Assembly: GCA_040752415.1 (NCBI GenBank)
Contig: JBFMGU010000023.1
Location: 349-64,348 of the forward strand
Length of the DNA stretch: 64,000 nucleotides
Origin: Myxococcota bacterium
Lineage (GTDB): Bacteria; Myxococcota; JACRCW01
Reading direction: 5' to 3'
Part shown: one piece after another, positions 1 through 9,821 of the stretch
Position numbering within the stretch: the first letter of the stretch is position 1
Layout of the letters: the number at the start of each line of letters is the position of its first letter
Notes under the pieces: generated by a model
Database searches by the model: none
What the model saw: only the letters and a program-made list of their open reading frames with translations
Told to the model about the DNA's origin: nothing
Made by a program: the position numbers and the translations under genes

Positions 1-426
1 CGCGCCCACCTCCTCCGGGTGCCCCGAGAGCGACACCGACAGCTCCGCGCCCTTCAACACCGGAGTGGCCATCACCACGCCGTGTTCGCGCTGGTACGCG
101 TCGGAGCGCTCCTTGAACGCGGCGCGGATGTCCGGCGACGTCTCGAGGCGGTTGGGCGTGTACAGCGGCTGCAGCGCGAGCAGCGCGTCAAAGGAACGTC
201 GGGCCTCGTCGCGTTTCCCCAGGACGTGGAGAGACACGCCGCGGTACCAGTGCAGCTCCACCAGCCCGGCCTCGTCCAGCGTGGGAGAGCGCTCCGCCTG
301 CTCCAGGCGCGCCAGGGCCTGACGATATTCCGCGCGGGCAAAAGCCTCCTTGGCGGCGTCCAGGTCCGGGTTGGGACCAGCGCCCGCCAACAGCAGCACG
401 ACGAGACTGGGCAGGAAGGAAGCCAT
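1..426 (-). CDS. Secreted TPR-like protein (partial; 3' end lies beyond the window start)
   Basis: Minus-strand ATG at 426 gives MASFLPSLVVLLLAGAGPNPDLDAAKEAFARAEYRQALARLEQAE... with a hydrophobic signal-like N-terminus, TPR-like helical content and high GC3. It reaches position 1 without a stop and was found by reading the reverse strand rather than from the ORF track. The + strand ORF 19..519 is Arg-rich antisense. Confidence 0.5.
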   Translation of the reverse strand, partial: MASFLPSLVVLLLAGAGPNPDLDAAKEAFARAEYRQALARLEQAERSPTLDEAGLVELHWYRGVSLHVLGKRDEARRSFDALLALQPLYTPNRLETSPDIRAAFKERSDAYQREHGVVMATPVLKGAELSVSLSGHPEEVGA

Positions 427-515
427 GAGCGCGAGGGGCGCATCATGCCCCAGCGCCGTCTGGCCCCACAAGGTGAACCTGTCGCCGCGCCTCTGGCACG
501 TGGTACGAGAAGCGC

Positions 516-3230
516 ATGACGCTACGCCGCCTGATGCTGTTGACCGGGCTGCTGGTGGGGGGCCTGGCGTGCACGCCACCCGCTGGCCAATGTGAATCCG
601 ACGCGGACTGTGACAGCAGCCGCAACAATCACTGCGACCCCCAGGAGCGAACCTGCGCCCCTCGCGGCGGGTCCGGTCAAGCGTGTTTCTCCGACGGAAC
701 CTGCCTGTCCGGCTCCTGCGACGGCACCACCTGCGTCGGCGTCGCGACCTCCAGCTCGTCGGGGGGCGCGTCGTCCAGTGCCTCCGCGTCATCCAGCGCC
801 TCGTCGTCCGCGAGCTCCTCGTCCACGTCGTCCTCCAGTGCCAGCTCGTCGAGCAGCGGTGAGGCGTCGTCGGGAACCACGAGCTCCACATCCGGCAGCA
901 GCAACGGTGGCGGCACCAGCACCTCGTCCGTGGCGGCGAGCTCCAGCAGCGGCGTGACGTCGTCCAGTGCGGTGTCCTCCAGCAGCTCGTCATTCAGCAG
1001 CAGCAGCGGCGCGCCCTCCAGCTCCTCCAGCTCCTCCAGCTCGTCCTCCAGCAGCGGCGCGTTCTCCAGCTCCGCTTCCGCTGCCTCGTCGTCGTCCAGC
1101 TCGTCCAGCGCGTCCAGCTCGTCCAGTGCGTCATCCTCGTCGAGCAGCGGCGGCGCGGCCCCCACGCTCTCCGTCACCACCGACACCCCCACGGTGAGCG
1201 AGGACGTCGGCACCGTCACCGTCCGGGCCACGTTGACCGGCGCGTACAGTGGCACCGTCACCATCCCGTTCTCGGTGACCGGCAGCGCAACCTCGCCCTC
1301 CGACCACGACGTCACCAACGGCGAGCTGACGTTCACCGCCCCGGACACGGGGCAGCAGTTGGTCATCAACGTCGTCGACGACACCACCGGCGAGGCCACG
1401 GAAGGGCTCGTCCTCCTCTTCCAGCGGCCGGAGGGCGGCGCACCCGTGGTGGTAACCATCACCATCGTGGATGACGACGACAGCGTTGCCTCGCCCGAGG
1501 TGGAGCTGACCGGGCCGGGGATGGGCGACGAGATGACGGTCCGCACCGCGCTCTACCAGGGCTGGTGCGAATACGGCGCCACCGTGGCCATCACGTACAT
1601 CAACCAGCCCGCCGAGTTCGACGCCAGCGTGCCGGACGCCAATCCCGTCGACGTGGCCTGTGAGGAGTGCACCCCCGGCGAGCACCCGGAGTGCGGCACC
1701 GGTCCCAACCAGCGCGGCAAGTTCAGCTTCACGGTGGCCTACGCGGGACCGGTGGGGCCGCGGACCGTCGAGCTGCAGCAGACGGACCTCAACGGCAATG
1801 CGGGCGGCGTGGTGGCGCACACGGTCATGTACGCGCCGTTCCCCATCGAGCTGCGCTACCGGAAGGCCTCCAACCCCGACCCATCCGACCAGTTCGGGCA
1901 CAGCGTTGCCATCTTCGGGGACACCATGGTGGTGGGCGCGCCCCTGGAGGCCAGCTCGTCGACCACCATCAACGGCAACCAGGGAGACGACTCCGCGCCC
2001 GCCGCCGGCGCCGTCTACGTGTACGTGCACAACAACGGCCTGTGGTCGCAACAGGCGTACCTCAAGAGCCCCGTCAACAGCACGCAGGACAAGTTCGGCA
2101 CCAGCGTGGCCATCTTCGGCGACACCATCGTCGTGGGCGCGCCGGGGGACGACAACGGTACGGACCCCGTGGAGCCCGGACCTCCGCCGGTGCCGGGGAG
2201 CGCGATGCCCCAGCCGCCGCCGCTGGGCAAACCACGCTCGGGCTGTGCCCTGGTGTTCACCCGCAGCAACGGCGTGTGGACCTTCCAGAAGCGGCTGCGC
2301 GCCGACAACTACGAGGACGACGACGTGTTCGGCACCGCGGTGGCCATCTCCGGCGACACCGTTGCCGTGGGTGCCCCCGGCGAGGACAGCGGCACCTCGA
2401 CCATCAACCCCGACGACGACAGCGCCACCGACGCCGGCGCGGTCTACATCTTCACGCGCAGCGCCAACACCTGGACCCTGCAGCGCTACCTGAAGCCCGA
2501 TGTCGTCGGCGCGGGGGACGGCTTTGGCAGCGCGGTGGCGCTGGACGCGGACAACCTCGTCGTGGGCGCGCCCCTGGAGGACAGCGACGACGGGGATCCC
2601 AACAACAACACCGCGGACGCGGCGGGTGCGGCCTACGTGTTCACGCGGCAGCCCGGGACCGGCAACTGGTTCCCAACGGGCTATCTCAAGCCGGCGAATT
2701 CCGACGCCGGAGACAACTTCGGCGCCGCGGTGGCCATCTCCTTCGGGACCGCGGTGGTGGGCGCCCCCAATGAGGGCAGCAACGGCACCTCCCCGTTCGA
2801 CAACAGCGCCAACCAGGCCGGCGCGGCCTACGTGTTCCAGAGCAACGGCGGCCCGTGGATGCAGACGGGCTACCTCAAGGCAGGCAATACCGGGGCGGGG
2901 GACCGCTTCGGCACGTCGGTGGCGGTGCGCGGGCTGGGTGTGGCGGTGGGCGCGCCGTATGAGAGCGGAAGCGGCGTGGGCATCAACCCGCCGCTCGACG
3001 ACAACGCCGCGAACGCCGGCGCCGTCTACCTGTTCGCGCACCTGGACGGCACGTGGGTGCAGCGCACGTACCTCAAGGCGGTCAACACCCAGGGTGGCGA
3101 CCGGTTCGGGGCCGCCGTGGCCATGGCCAACACGGACCTGGTGGTGGGCGCCCCCGACGAGGACAGCGCCACCAACGACCCGCAGAACAACGGCGCGGAG
3201 GAATCCGGGGCGGCGTGCGCGGTGCGCTGA
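516..3230 (+). CDS. Secreted FG-GAP (integrin-alpha-like beta-propeller) repeat protein with a Cys-rich N-terminal module and a long Ser/Ala/Thr-rich linker
   Basis: The 904-aa ORF has a signal peptide (MTLRRLMLLTGLLVGGLA) and a Cys-rich segment (CESDADCDSS...CDGTTC). A Ser-rich low-complexity stretch of roughly 140 aa follows. There are then at least 9 repeats of the FG-x-[ST]VA-x-x-GD-x-x-VVGAP ... GAVY[VIL]F pattern typical of FG-GAP repeats. Confidence 0.8.
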   Translation: MTLRRLMLLTGLLVGGLACTPPAGQCESDADCDSSRNNHCDPQERTCAPRGGSGQACFSDGTCLSGSCDGTTCVGVATSSSSGGASSSASASSSASSSASSSSTSSSSASSSSSGEASSGTTSSTSGSSNGGGTSTSSVAASSSSGVTSSSAVSSSSSSFSSSSGAPSSSSSSSSSSSSSGAFSSSASAASSSSSSSSASSSSSASSSSSSGGAAPTLSVTTDTPTVSEDVGTVTVRATLTGAYSGTVTIPFSVTGSATSPSDHDVTNGELTFTAPDTGQQLVINVVDDTTGEATEGLVLLFQRPEGGAPVVVTITIVDDDDSVASPEVELTGPGMGDEMTVRTALYQGWCEYGATVAITYINQPAEFDASVPDANPVDVACEECTPGEHPECGTGPNQRGKFSFTVAYAGPVGPRTVELQQTDLNGNAGGVVAHTVMYAPFPIELRYRKASNPDPSDQFGHSVAIFGDTMVVGAPLEASSSTTINGNQGDDSAPAAGAVYVYVHNNGLWSQQAYLKSPVNSTQDKFGTSVAIFGDTIVVGAPGDDNGTDPVEPGPPPVPGSAMPQPPPLGKPRSGCALVFTRSNGVWTFQKRLRADNYEDDDVFGTAVAISGDTVAVGAPGEDSGTSTINPDDDSATDAGAVYIFTRSANTWTLQRYLKPDVVGAGDGFGSAVALDADNLVVGAPLEDSDDGDPNNNTADAAGAAYVFTRQPGTGNWFPTGYLKPANSDAGDNFGAAVAISFGTAVVGAPNEGSNGTSPFDNSANQAGAAYVFQSNGGPWMQTGYLKAGNTGAGDRFGTSVAVRGLGVAVGAPYESGSGVGINPPLDDNAANAGAVYLFAHLDGTWVQRTYLKAVNTQGGDRFGAAVAMANTDLVVGAPDEDSATNDPQNNGAEESGAACAVR
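730..1170 (+). repeat. Serine-codon low-complexity DNA region (TCC/AGC/TCG repeats) inside the FG-GAP gene
   Basis: Direct reading shows imperfect iterations of gcc-tcg-tcg-tcc-agc type units. On the opposite strand they translate to Asp/Glu/Leu-rich antisense ORFs (677..1546, 1131..3041), which are artefacts. Confidence 0.7.
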
Positions 3231-3236
3231 GCTGCC

Positions 3237-4085
3237 TCAGCGGTGGAACTTCATCTTGCCGCTGATGGACGAGGGATAGGTCACGCCACCCACGCTGATG
3301 CTGCCGGTGACCTCGTACGGCACCTCGCTGAGCTTGAGCACGTCCTTGTAGTCGGCGCCCCAGTTCTGCTGGTCGATCTTGAAGCCCTGGGAGTAGCCCA
3401 CGCCGGCCTGCGGCTGGATGTTCTCGCCCTGCGCCAGCTTCTCCGTCTTCAGCTCCTTGCCGGCGATGACGACCTTGATGTCCCAGCTGTCCGCCTTCAC
3501 GATGAACGCGTTGGGGTTGTAGAGCACCAGGTCCAGCTCCACCTCGCCGGCGGCGCCGCCATCAATGCTGCTCATCTGCGCGTCCTTGACCTGCCCCTCC
3601 AGGAGCTTCGGGGTCGGGAAGTCGGTGACGCCGTCGACGGGGATCTTGCCCGCGCTGGTGGCCACCTCACCGGTGACCTTGAGCTTCGCCACGTCCAGCT
3701 TGGTGAACGCCAGGAACGCCTCGCCGGTGGGGTACTCCAGCGCAATCTCCACGGGGACCTCCGCGCTGCCGCCCGCGGGAGCCACGCTGCGCCGCGCCGG
3801 CTGCATGGCCCCCTTGAACGGTCCCAGCCCCTCGGGGGCGCCCTCGCCCTCGTAGGCCACCTCCACGCTGGCGCCCTGGATCTCCACGTCCTTGCCGCCC
3901 TGGTTGTCCACCACCAGCACCACGTACGCGGTGGCGCCGGTGAACGCGGCGTCCTTCATGTCCACGCGCGCGGCGCGGGCGCTGACATCCCCGGCGCTGC
4001 CACCCCCCTGCGCGCTCTTGCTGCTGCTGCACGCCACGACGGCGCAGAGACCCATCATGCAGACTGCACGCATTGCCATGCTCAT
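3237..4085 (-). CDS. Lipoprotein, hypothetical (possibly LEA_2/WHy-like tandem beta-sandwich domains)
   Basis: The N-terminus MSMAMRAVCMMGLCAVVAC has a lipobox (LCAVVAC). The body is a soluble beta-rich sequence with two internally similar halves. The gene is convergent with the FG-GAP gene. Confidence 0.55.
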   Translation of the reverse strand: MSMAMRAVCMMGLCAVVACSSSKSAQGGGSAGDVSARAARVDMKDAAFTGATAYVVLVVDNQGGKDVEIQGASVEVAYEGEGAPEGLGPFKGAMQPARRSVAPAGGSAEVPVEIALEYPTGEAFLAFTKLDVAKLKVTGEVATSAGKIPVDGVTDFPTPKLLEGQVKDAQMSSIDGGAAGEVELDLVLYNPNAFIVKADSWDIKVVIAGKELKTEKLAQGENIQPQAGVGYSQGFKIDQQNWGADYKDVLKLSEVPYEVTGSISVGGVTYPSSISGKMKFHR

Positions 4086-4103
4086 GACTTCACTCCTTGG
4101 CGC

Positions 4104-5054
4104 TCAACGCACCTTGCGGGTCTTGATGTTGAGGACCTGTTCCCGCATGGGGTCGGGGACCACCACGCGCACGCCGGGACTGAGGACGGAGGCGGTGGTG
4201 ACCACCTCGTCCACGTCGTAGCCGGGCAGGCGGCGGGGGTTCTCCTCCAGGTCCAGGAAGAACATGTCGAAGTGGATGGGGAGCAGGAACGTGGGGCGCG
4301 TGGCGGGGAGCAGTCGCTCCATCACCTTGTCCTTGGCGGAGGACGCCGCCAGCGAAAGCAGCAGCACGTCCACCTCGATCCCCTTGGGGAGGAACTGCGC
4401 CAGCTTCCCGCTGGACAGGTGCCCAATGCGGATCCCGTCGACGACAACGCGATAGAACAACGCTCCACCCATCTTGAACTGCGAGGCGCGCATGGGCGTG
4501 CCCTGCCGCGACTCCACCACGCCGGAGCTGGGAACCTTGCCAAAGCGCCACGTGCCGTGTCCGGCCTTCACCACGTCGACGAGCACGCCATCCACGTCAA
4601 TCAGCTCACCGCCGCCCACCACGTGGATGTTCTTGATGTCCACGCCGTGGGACTGCGCAATCTCACTGGTGGTGAGCGTGCCCACCAGCTGCGCGTTGTC
4701 CCGCTGCACCAGGTACGGCACGTCGACGAGATGGTCGTGGTGGCTGTGGCCCACGAGGACGAGATCGACCTTGGGCAGGTAGCGGTCAATGGCCTGCTTG
4801 TCGGGGCTGACGTTGCCGAAGATCACGCGCCCCAGGTGGTGGCGACTCACATACGGGTCAAACGCAATGGTCTTGTCATGCGTGCGCACCAGCGCGCCGG
4901 CGGCGCCCAGCCAGGTGACTGCCACCTCGCCGGGGGCAAGCTGGGGGCGTTCCGCGGGAAGGGGAGCGGGCGCGGGACCCGCGGGACGCAGGGCCTGCTG
5001 GATGCCACAGCCCCCCAGCGCCAAGCACGCCATTCCCACGACGAGCGGGCGCAT
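4104..5054 (-). CDS. MBL-fold metallo-hydrolase lipoprotein
   Basis: The sequence contains VLVGHSHHDHLVDVPYL, the HxHxDH metallo-beta-lactamase motif. I chose the start at MRPLVVGMACLALGGCG (lipoprotein signal, ATG at 5054). The track ORF 4104..5180 has an N-terminal extension without a signal peptide. The start overlaps the upstream stop (TGATG). Confidence 0.75.
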   Translation of the reverse strand: MRPLVVGMACLALGGCGIQQALRPAGPAPAPLPAERPQLAPGEVAVTWLGAAGALVRTHDKTIAFDPYVSRHHLGRVIFGNVSPDKQAIDRYLPKVDLVLVGHSHHDHLVDVPYLVQRDNAQLVGTLTTSEIAQSHGVDIKNIHVVGGGELIDVDGVLVDVVKAGHGTWRFGKVPSSGVVESRQGTPMRASQFKMGGALFYRVVVDGIRIGHLSSGKLAQFLPKGIEVDVLLLSLAASSAKDKVMERLLPATRPTFLLPIHFDMFFLDLEENPRRLPGYDVDEVVTTASVLSPGVRVVVPDPMREQVLNIKTRKVR

Positions 5055-5704
5055 CACGGCGTGACCCCGCTCTTGAGCTTGTAGGTGTTGGTTCCCACCG
5101 TGAACTGCACGAAGCCCTTGTTGGGAGCGAAGTACAGCTCGCGGTCGATGCGCTGGCCGCCCTCGGGGAAGATGCTCCACAGGATCTTGAACGCCTTGAA
5201 CGTTCCCGCCGCGGTGACCACGTTGTTCTCGTCCCCGACGGTGATCTCATGGCGCTCCTTCTTGCCGGGGGTGCGCTGGCCGTTGACCACGTCGGTGGTG
5301 GAGGACTCGCTGGAGTAGTTGGTGTTGGCCTTGACCTGGCGCTCCAGGATCCGGGGCGGGTTGTCGTAGTCGGTGCAGTTGGGGAGACAGTCGCCGACGC
5401 GCAGGAGGCGCATGGCCTCGATGGTGCTCTCGAAGAACACCGTCTCGACGATGGCGTTGGCCTGGTTCCGCTCCTCGCGCTGGTAGGCCACCTTGTCGGC
5501 GAAGGACTGGCTGGCCTTGAAGCTGTGCGTGGAGGTGGTGGGGCTGCCGCCGGTGGTGCTGGTGACGTCGTAGGTCAGCGTCTGCCCGTCGACGAGGCCA
5601 TAGAACTCCGCGGCCTTCTGGGGGCTGTCGGCGTTCTCGGGGGCGCATTCCACGCCCATGAGCACCAGGGGCGCGAGCACCGCGCAGAGTCTCCGCATCA
5701 ACAT
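5054..5704 (-). CDS. Secreted hypothetical protein
   Basis: The true start is ATG at 5704 (MLMRRLCAVLAPLVLMGVECAPE, signal peptide). The upstream part of track ORF 5054..6700 overlaps hemD in another frame and is spurious. The stop overlaps the MBL gene start. Confidence 0.55.
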   Translation of the reverse strand: MLMRRLCAVLAPLVLMGVECAPENADSPQKAAEFYGLVDGQTLTYDVTSTTGGSPTTSTHSFKASQSFADKVAYQREERNQANAIVETVFFESTIEAMRLLRVGDCLPNCTDYDNPPRILERQVKANTNYSSESSTTDVVNGQRTPGKKERHEITVGDENNVVTAAGTFKAFKILWSIFPEGGQRIDRELYFAPNKGFVQFTVGTNTYKLKSGVTP

Positions 5705-5766
5705 GGGTCCCTCCAGGCAAAACGGGAGAGGCTCATTAGAGGTGGCGGGCGCGGGAGGGCAACTGC

Positions 5767-6513
5767 TCAGGGCGCTTGCGTCAGGGCGCGGACCACGGCG
5801 GACACCACCTGCGCGGGCGCGGGCCCCTCCGCCACGACGTCCGCGGGCAACCCCAGCTCCCCCCAGGCCGCCGACGTGGTCCGTCCCGGCGCCACCCGTT
5901 TGACCCGCCCCAACAACTCGACGGGCACCAGCGTCACCAACGTGCGCACCGCCGAGGGGCTCATGCACACCACCGCGTCGACCCGCCCCTCGCGCAGGGC
6001 CTGCACCACGGGCGCGGGAACCTCGGTTGCGGGAACCGTGCGGTACGCTTCCACGACGTCGACCGTGGCCCCCCGCGCGCGCAGCCCCTCGGCCACGGCC
6101 GGCTCGGCGAGATTGCTGGTGGGCAACAGGAAGCGTGCTCCGGTGACGTCCATGCTCTCGGCGAGCGCGGCGGCCAGGTCGGCTCCGTCGGGTGCGTCGC
6201 GGATGGGCAGCGGGGTGAGCCCGGCGGAGACCGCTTCCTGGCGCGTCCGCCCCGCCAAAGTGACGACGGGAAATCCCGCGGGCAGCCGCCCCGCCACGCT
6301 GCGCACCCCGCGTGGGCTGGTGAGCAGCACGGCGCGGTAGCGTGACAGCGACGCGAGTGCGCCTTCCAGCTCGTCGGGATGCGCGGGCGGAGCGAAGTGG
6401 ATCATCGGCGCCACCAGCACCTCCGCGCCTTCCGCCTGCAGCAATGGGGTCAGCGCGTCGTCGTCGAGCGGGCGCGTGGACAGCACGGTGCGCCCCCGCA
6501 GTGCACCGCTCAC
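5767..6513 (-). CDS. hemD: Uroporphyrinogen-III synthase (HemD)-like protein
   Basis: Two-lobe HemD-like sequence (…RTVLSTRPLDDD…VLLTSPRGVRS…DVVEAYRT…AVVCMSPSAV). A GTG start at 6513 overlaps the upstream stop (GTGA). The ATG at 6609 would give an Arg-rich extension. Confidence 0.6.
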   Translation of the reverse strand: MSGALRGRTVLSTRPLDDDALTPLLQAEGAEVLVAPMIHFAPPAHPDELEGALASLSRYRAVLLTSPRGVRSVAGRLPAGFPVVTLAGRTRQEAVSAGLTPLPIRDAPDGADLAAALAESMDVTGARFLLPTSNLAEPAVAEGLRARGATVDVVEAYRTVPATEVPAPVVQALREGRVDAVVCMSPSAVRTLVTLVPVELLGRVKRVAPGRTTSAAWGELGLPADVVAEGPAPAQVVSAVVRALTQAP

Positions 6514-7694
6514 TGCCGCAACCCCAGCTCGAACCAGGTGAATGCGCCCAGCGCTCCCGGCCCGCGCTCTCGTCGGACGTCGCCGCTGCCGCCCACGGAA
6601 AGCCGCCACCGCACCACGCGCGCCAGCGCCACCCGCACCTCCGCGGCAAAAGCCCGGACCACGCCCAGCTCGTCGAGCGCGCCCACGCGGTGCGGGTCAT
6701 TCAGCACGCAAAGGTGCGCACTCAGGCCTACGTACAGGTTCTGGAGCGGCAGGATTCCCGCGTGCGCGTGACCCGCCACGTACCTCTCGCTGCGCCACTC
6801 TCCCCACGCGGCGCCGGGCACGTTGACGGTGTACGGGTTCATCCCGCCGATGACGGTGCGCGAGATGTCGTCCTCGTCGTGGCCGTAGCCCGCGTCACCC
6901 TGCAAGCCCACCCACAGCCTGCGCGCCAGCGGCACCCCGGCCAATCCGCGCGCGGAGATGCGTCGGGGAAACTCCCCCGCCTCGACGGTGTTGCGCGGAT
7001 CCACCGGCCCGCCCTTGTACCCGCCGAAGGAGCGGCTGAAGGCGCGCACATCCATTCCCGCCTCCAGCATCGCCGCCATGCCGCGGTGCAGGCCCAGGCC
7101 GCCCTCGTCGGGACGGAGGTCATGCCACTTGAGGCGCGCCCGCGGCTCCAGCGCCAGGAACGGCGCGGGGATCCGCCAGTTGCGGTCGGTGTTGGGTCCG
7201 GGGGTGAACACCCAGCCGCGCCCCCCCAGCTCCCCCTCCACCGTGAGCCGATTCAGCACGGTGTAGGAAGCCCGCCCGCCGGTCATGGCGTACGAGGCGG
7301 TGTACCCGCGCTCCGGGTGGTTCACGCCGTCGTGGAGCTGGTTGAGGCTGACCTGCGCAAAGCCCAGCTCGGCGCGGGAGAACAGGCCCACGCTCAGGCC
7401 CGGCGCGCCCACGTTGTACGCGTCCAGGCCGGCGGCCAGCGTGTCGGTGTTGAACTCCGCGGACAGGGCCACGTTGGGCCGCCAGAAACCCAGCCAGCGC
7501 CAGGCCGCGCGCGCCACCCCGTAGCTGGGCGTCTTCTGCCGGGGCGGGAGCCCCCAGGGGAGCGCGTAGATGCCCGTGCCCTCCGCGCCCGCGTCCAGCC
7601 CCGCGGCCATCTCCAGCTCATGCACATCCGCCCGCGCCCCGCCCGCGAGCAGCAGGACCGCCAGGACCGGCAGGCCGACGAGGTGTCGCCGCAT
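6510..7694 (-). CDS. Secreted / outer-membrane hypothetical protein
   Basis: A signal peptide starts at MRRHLVGLPVLAVLLLAGGARA (ATG at 7694). The sequence is Gly/aromatic-rich and beta-like. It is the first gene of a four-gene minus-strand operon (6510-7694, hemD, 5054-5704, 4104-5054). Confidence 0.55.
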   Translation of the reverse strand: MRRHLVGLPVLAVLLLAGGARADVHELEMAAGLDAGAEGTGIYALPWGLPPRQKTPSYGVARAAWRWLGFWRPNVALSAEFNTDTLAAGLDAYNVGAPGLSVGLFSRAELGFAQVSLNQLHDGVNHPERGYTASYAMTGGRASYTVLNRLTVEGELGGRGWVFTPGPNTDRNWRIPAPFLALEPRARLKWHDLRPDEGGLGLHRGMAAMLEAGMDVRAFSRSFGGYKGGPVDPRNTVEAGEFPRRISARGLAGVPLARRLWVGLQGDAGYGHDEDDISRTVIGGMNPYTVNVPGAAWGEWRSERYVAGHAHAGILPLQNLYVGLSAHLCVLNDPHRVGALDELGVVRAFAAEVRVALARVVRWRLSVGGSGDVRRERGPGALGAFTWFELGLRQ

Positions 7695-7804
7695 CCCCAC
7701 TCCATGTCCGGCGCCTCCCCCCAGGGTCAAGCGCGGCCTCCCCGCGGGATCCACCCCATGGAGGTTCCCACCGGCTCCCATGTGTGATACACGCGCGCCC
7801 CCTC

Positions 7805-8295
<491 letters not shown>

Positions 8296-8296
<1 letters not shown>

Positions 8297-8637
8297 TGGA
8301 ACTCGTCAAGACGACGTCGCACGAGGAGCTGCCCGAGGTGAGCATTGACGGCTACTGGCCGCCCGAGAGCGCGCCGGCCCGTCCCTCGCTGGCCAGCCTG
8401 CTGGACCACCTGCCGCGTCCCCGGACCCAGGCTCCCGCGGCGGCGCCCCGGCTGCGTCCCGCGGTGGACCTGCTGGCGGATTGGCTGGTCACCTACGGCT
8501 CCGGCATGGACCCCACGCCCATGAGCGGCTCCATGGTGGAGCGGTACCTCAAGGAGACCAGGCCCGCGACGCAGACCTCTCGCGGTGAAGGGCCTTTTGC
8601 TTCGCTGCTGCGCTCGGCGCGTGCGGAGGTCGTGTGA
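8296..8637 (+). CDS. Hypothetical 113-aa protein inserted between nuoJ and nuoK
   Basis: ATG at 8296 overlaps the nuoJ stop (TGATG) and its stop overlaps the nuoK GTG start (GTGTGA). GC3 is high, there is no TM segment, and the sequence is Pro/Ala-rich ([31 protein letters not shown]...). Confidence 0.45.
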
Positions 8638-8936
8638 TTCCCGTCGGGTACTACCTGGTGCTGAGCGCGGTCCTGTTCTGCATTGGCGGCGTGGGCGTCA
8701 TCACCCGTCGCAACGCGATTGTGGCGTTCATGAGCGTGGAGATCATGCTGAACGCCGCCAACCTCGCGTTCATCGCGTTCTCCCGACAGCACGGGAACAT
8801 GAACGGCCACATCGTGGCGTTCTTTGTCATGGCGGTGGCCGCCGCGGAGGCCGCGGTGGGTCTGGCCATCATCATCCAGGTCTTCCGACGGAAAGCCACC
8901 GTCAACCTGGACGAGCTGCGCGAGCTCCGCGGCTGA
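8634..8936 (+). CDS. nuoK: NADH-quinone oxidoreductase subunit K
   Basis: (V/M)[48 protein letters not shown]... is canonical NuoK/ND4L. GTG start. Confidence 0.9.
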   Translation: MIPVGYYLVLSAVLFCIGGVGVITRRNAIVAFMSVEIMLNAANLAFIAFSRQHGNMNGHIVAFFVMAVAAAEAAVGLAIIIQVFRRKATVNLDELRELRG

Positions 8937-8963
8937 GTCCTTCGGCCAGATCACACATCCCTG

Positions 8964-9536
8964 TCAGTTCGCCCCCGAACCCACGGCCAGCATCGGGTTC
9001 GCCGGCCAGTGCTCATCCGTCGGCACGATGCCACGCTCACGCATCAATGCGAACGGGGCGGGCCACAGCCGATCATGAGCATCGAGGGCGGTGCCGTCCT
9101 CCCGCAGTGGTGCGCAGATCTCGTCGCAGTCGAAGACCAGAGTGCGAGTACCCGCGACGACGAGAACCCGCCGCATCCCCTGGCTGCAACGAGGGCAGTC
9201 TCCCCACCGCGCAGTGATGACCTCGCCCACCCGCCGGTCGACCTGGGTCATGAACTCGGCAGGGTCGACGACGTGAGCAGGACCTCGCAACGCGTCGACA
9301 AACGCTGCAAGCGACAACGGCGAGTAACAGAAATCGACGACAGGCAAATGGACCAACGCGTCCAACGCGCCCCAGTGCGGCAGTCGAGACGGCAGCGCCT
9401 TCGAGATCCGTAGCCCCTCAGTGCGAATCCAGTCCTTCGTGACATTCAGGACAGACGCGGCATCCGTCTCGGGCAGTTGGAGCACCTGGCCCGCCAACTG
9501 CGACCACGCGCGACGGACCCGGGTGGCCATGTCCAT
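8964..9536 (-). CDS. Hypothetical protein (Cys-containing, possible metal-binding)
   Basis: 190-aa ORF with high GC3, containing CPRCSQG...DCDEIC. No family recognised. Confidence 0.45.
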   Translation of the reverse strand: MDMATRVRRAWSQLAGQVLQLPETDAASVLNVTKDWIRTEGLRISKALPSRLPHWGALDALVHLPVVDFCYSPLSLAAFVDALRGPAHVVDPAEFMTQVDRRVGEVITARWGDCPRCSQGMRRVLVVAGTRTLVFDCDEICAPLREDGTALDAHDRLWPAPFALMRERGIVPTDEHWPANPMLAVGSGAN

Positions 9537-9548
9537 GTGTCGTCGTGA

Positions 9549-9821
9549 TCAGACGCCCAGCAGCTTCAGCGCGCGGGCCAGCGCGGTGACGTGGTCGCGG
9601 TGCACGGTCTCGTTGGCAAGGGCCCGCGCCAGCTCCACGATCGCCTTGGCGGCGCGCTTGAGGGCACGGTCAACCTTGGAGGAGGACGTCGCCGCACGCT
9701 TCCCCGCCTTGCCCGGGCGCGCTCCCCGCGACGCCGCCTTGCGCTTCGGCGGGTTCTTCCGCGCCGGCTGCTTGCGGGTGGTGCTCCGGCTCTTCCCTGC
9801 TGGCTTCCGACGTGCGGCCAT
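9549..9821 (-). CDS. Small basic (Lys/Arg-rich) histone-like / nucleoid-type protein, hypothetical
   Basis: 90 aa with a highly basic N-terminus (MAARRKPAGKSRSTTRKQPARKNPPKRKAASRGARPGKAGKRAATSS), reminiscent of H1-like bacterial DNA-binding tails, and a helical C-terminus. Confidence 0.5.
   Translation of the reverse strand: MAARRKPAGKSRSTTRKQPARKNPPKRKAASRGARPGKAGKRAATSSSKVDRALKRAAKAIVELARALANETVHRDHVTALARALKLLGV

Noticed and set aside
19-519. 166-aa + strand ORF at the window start
   Set aside because: It is Arg-rich and is the antisense of a convincing minus-strand TPR-like CDS (1..426) with a signal peptide and high GC3.
677-3041. Minus-strand ORFs 677..1546 (289 aa) and 1131..3041 (636 aa)
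   Set aside because: They are the mirror image of the Ser-rich and FG-GAP coding sequence (DELD/LEEL low complexity and Arg/Gly-rich). The + strand FG-GAP gene has clear repeat structure and a signal peptide.
3225-3242. 7-bp hairpin CGCTGAG/CTCAGCG spanning the convergent stop codons of the FG-GAP gene and the lipoprotein gene
   Set aside because: It is probably a simple bidirectional terminator. It is too short and unremarkable to list as a finding.
5704-6700. N-terminal two-thirds of the 548-aa minus ORF 5054..6700
   Set aside because: It overlaps the HemD-like gene in another frame with Arg/Gly/Ala junk composition. The real protein starts at the signal peptide (ATG 5704).
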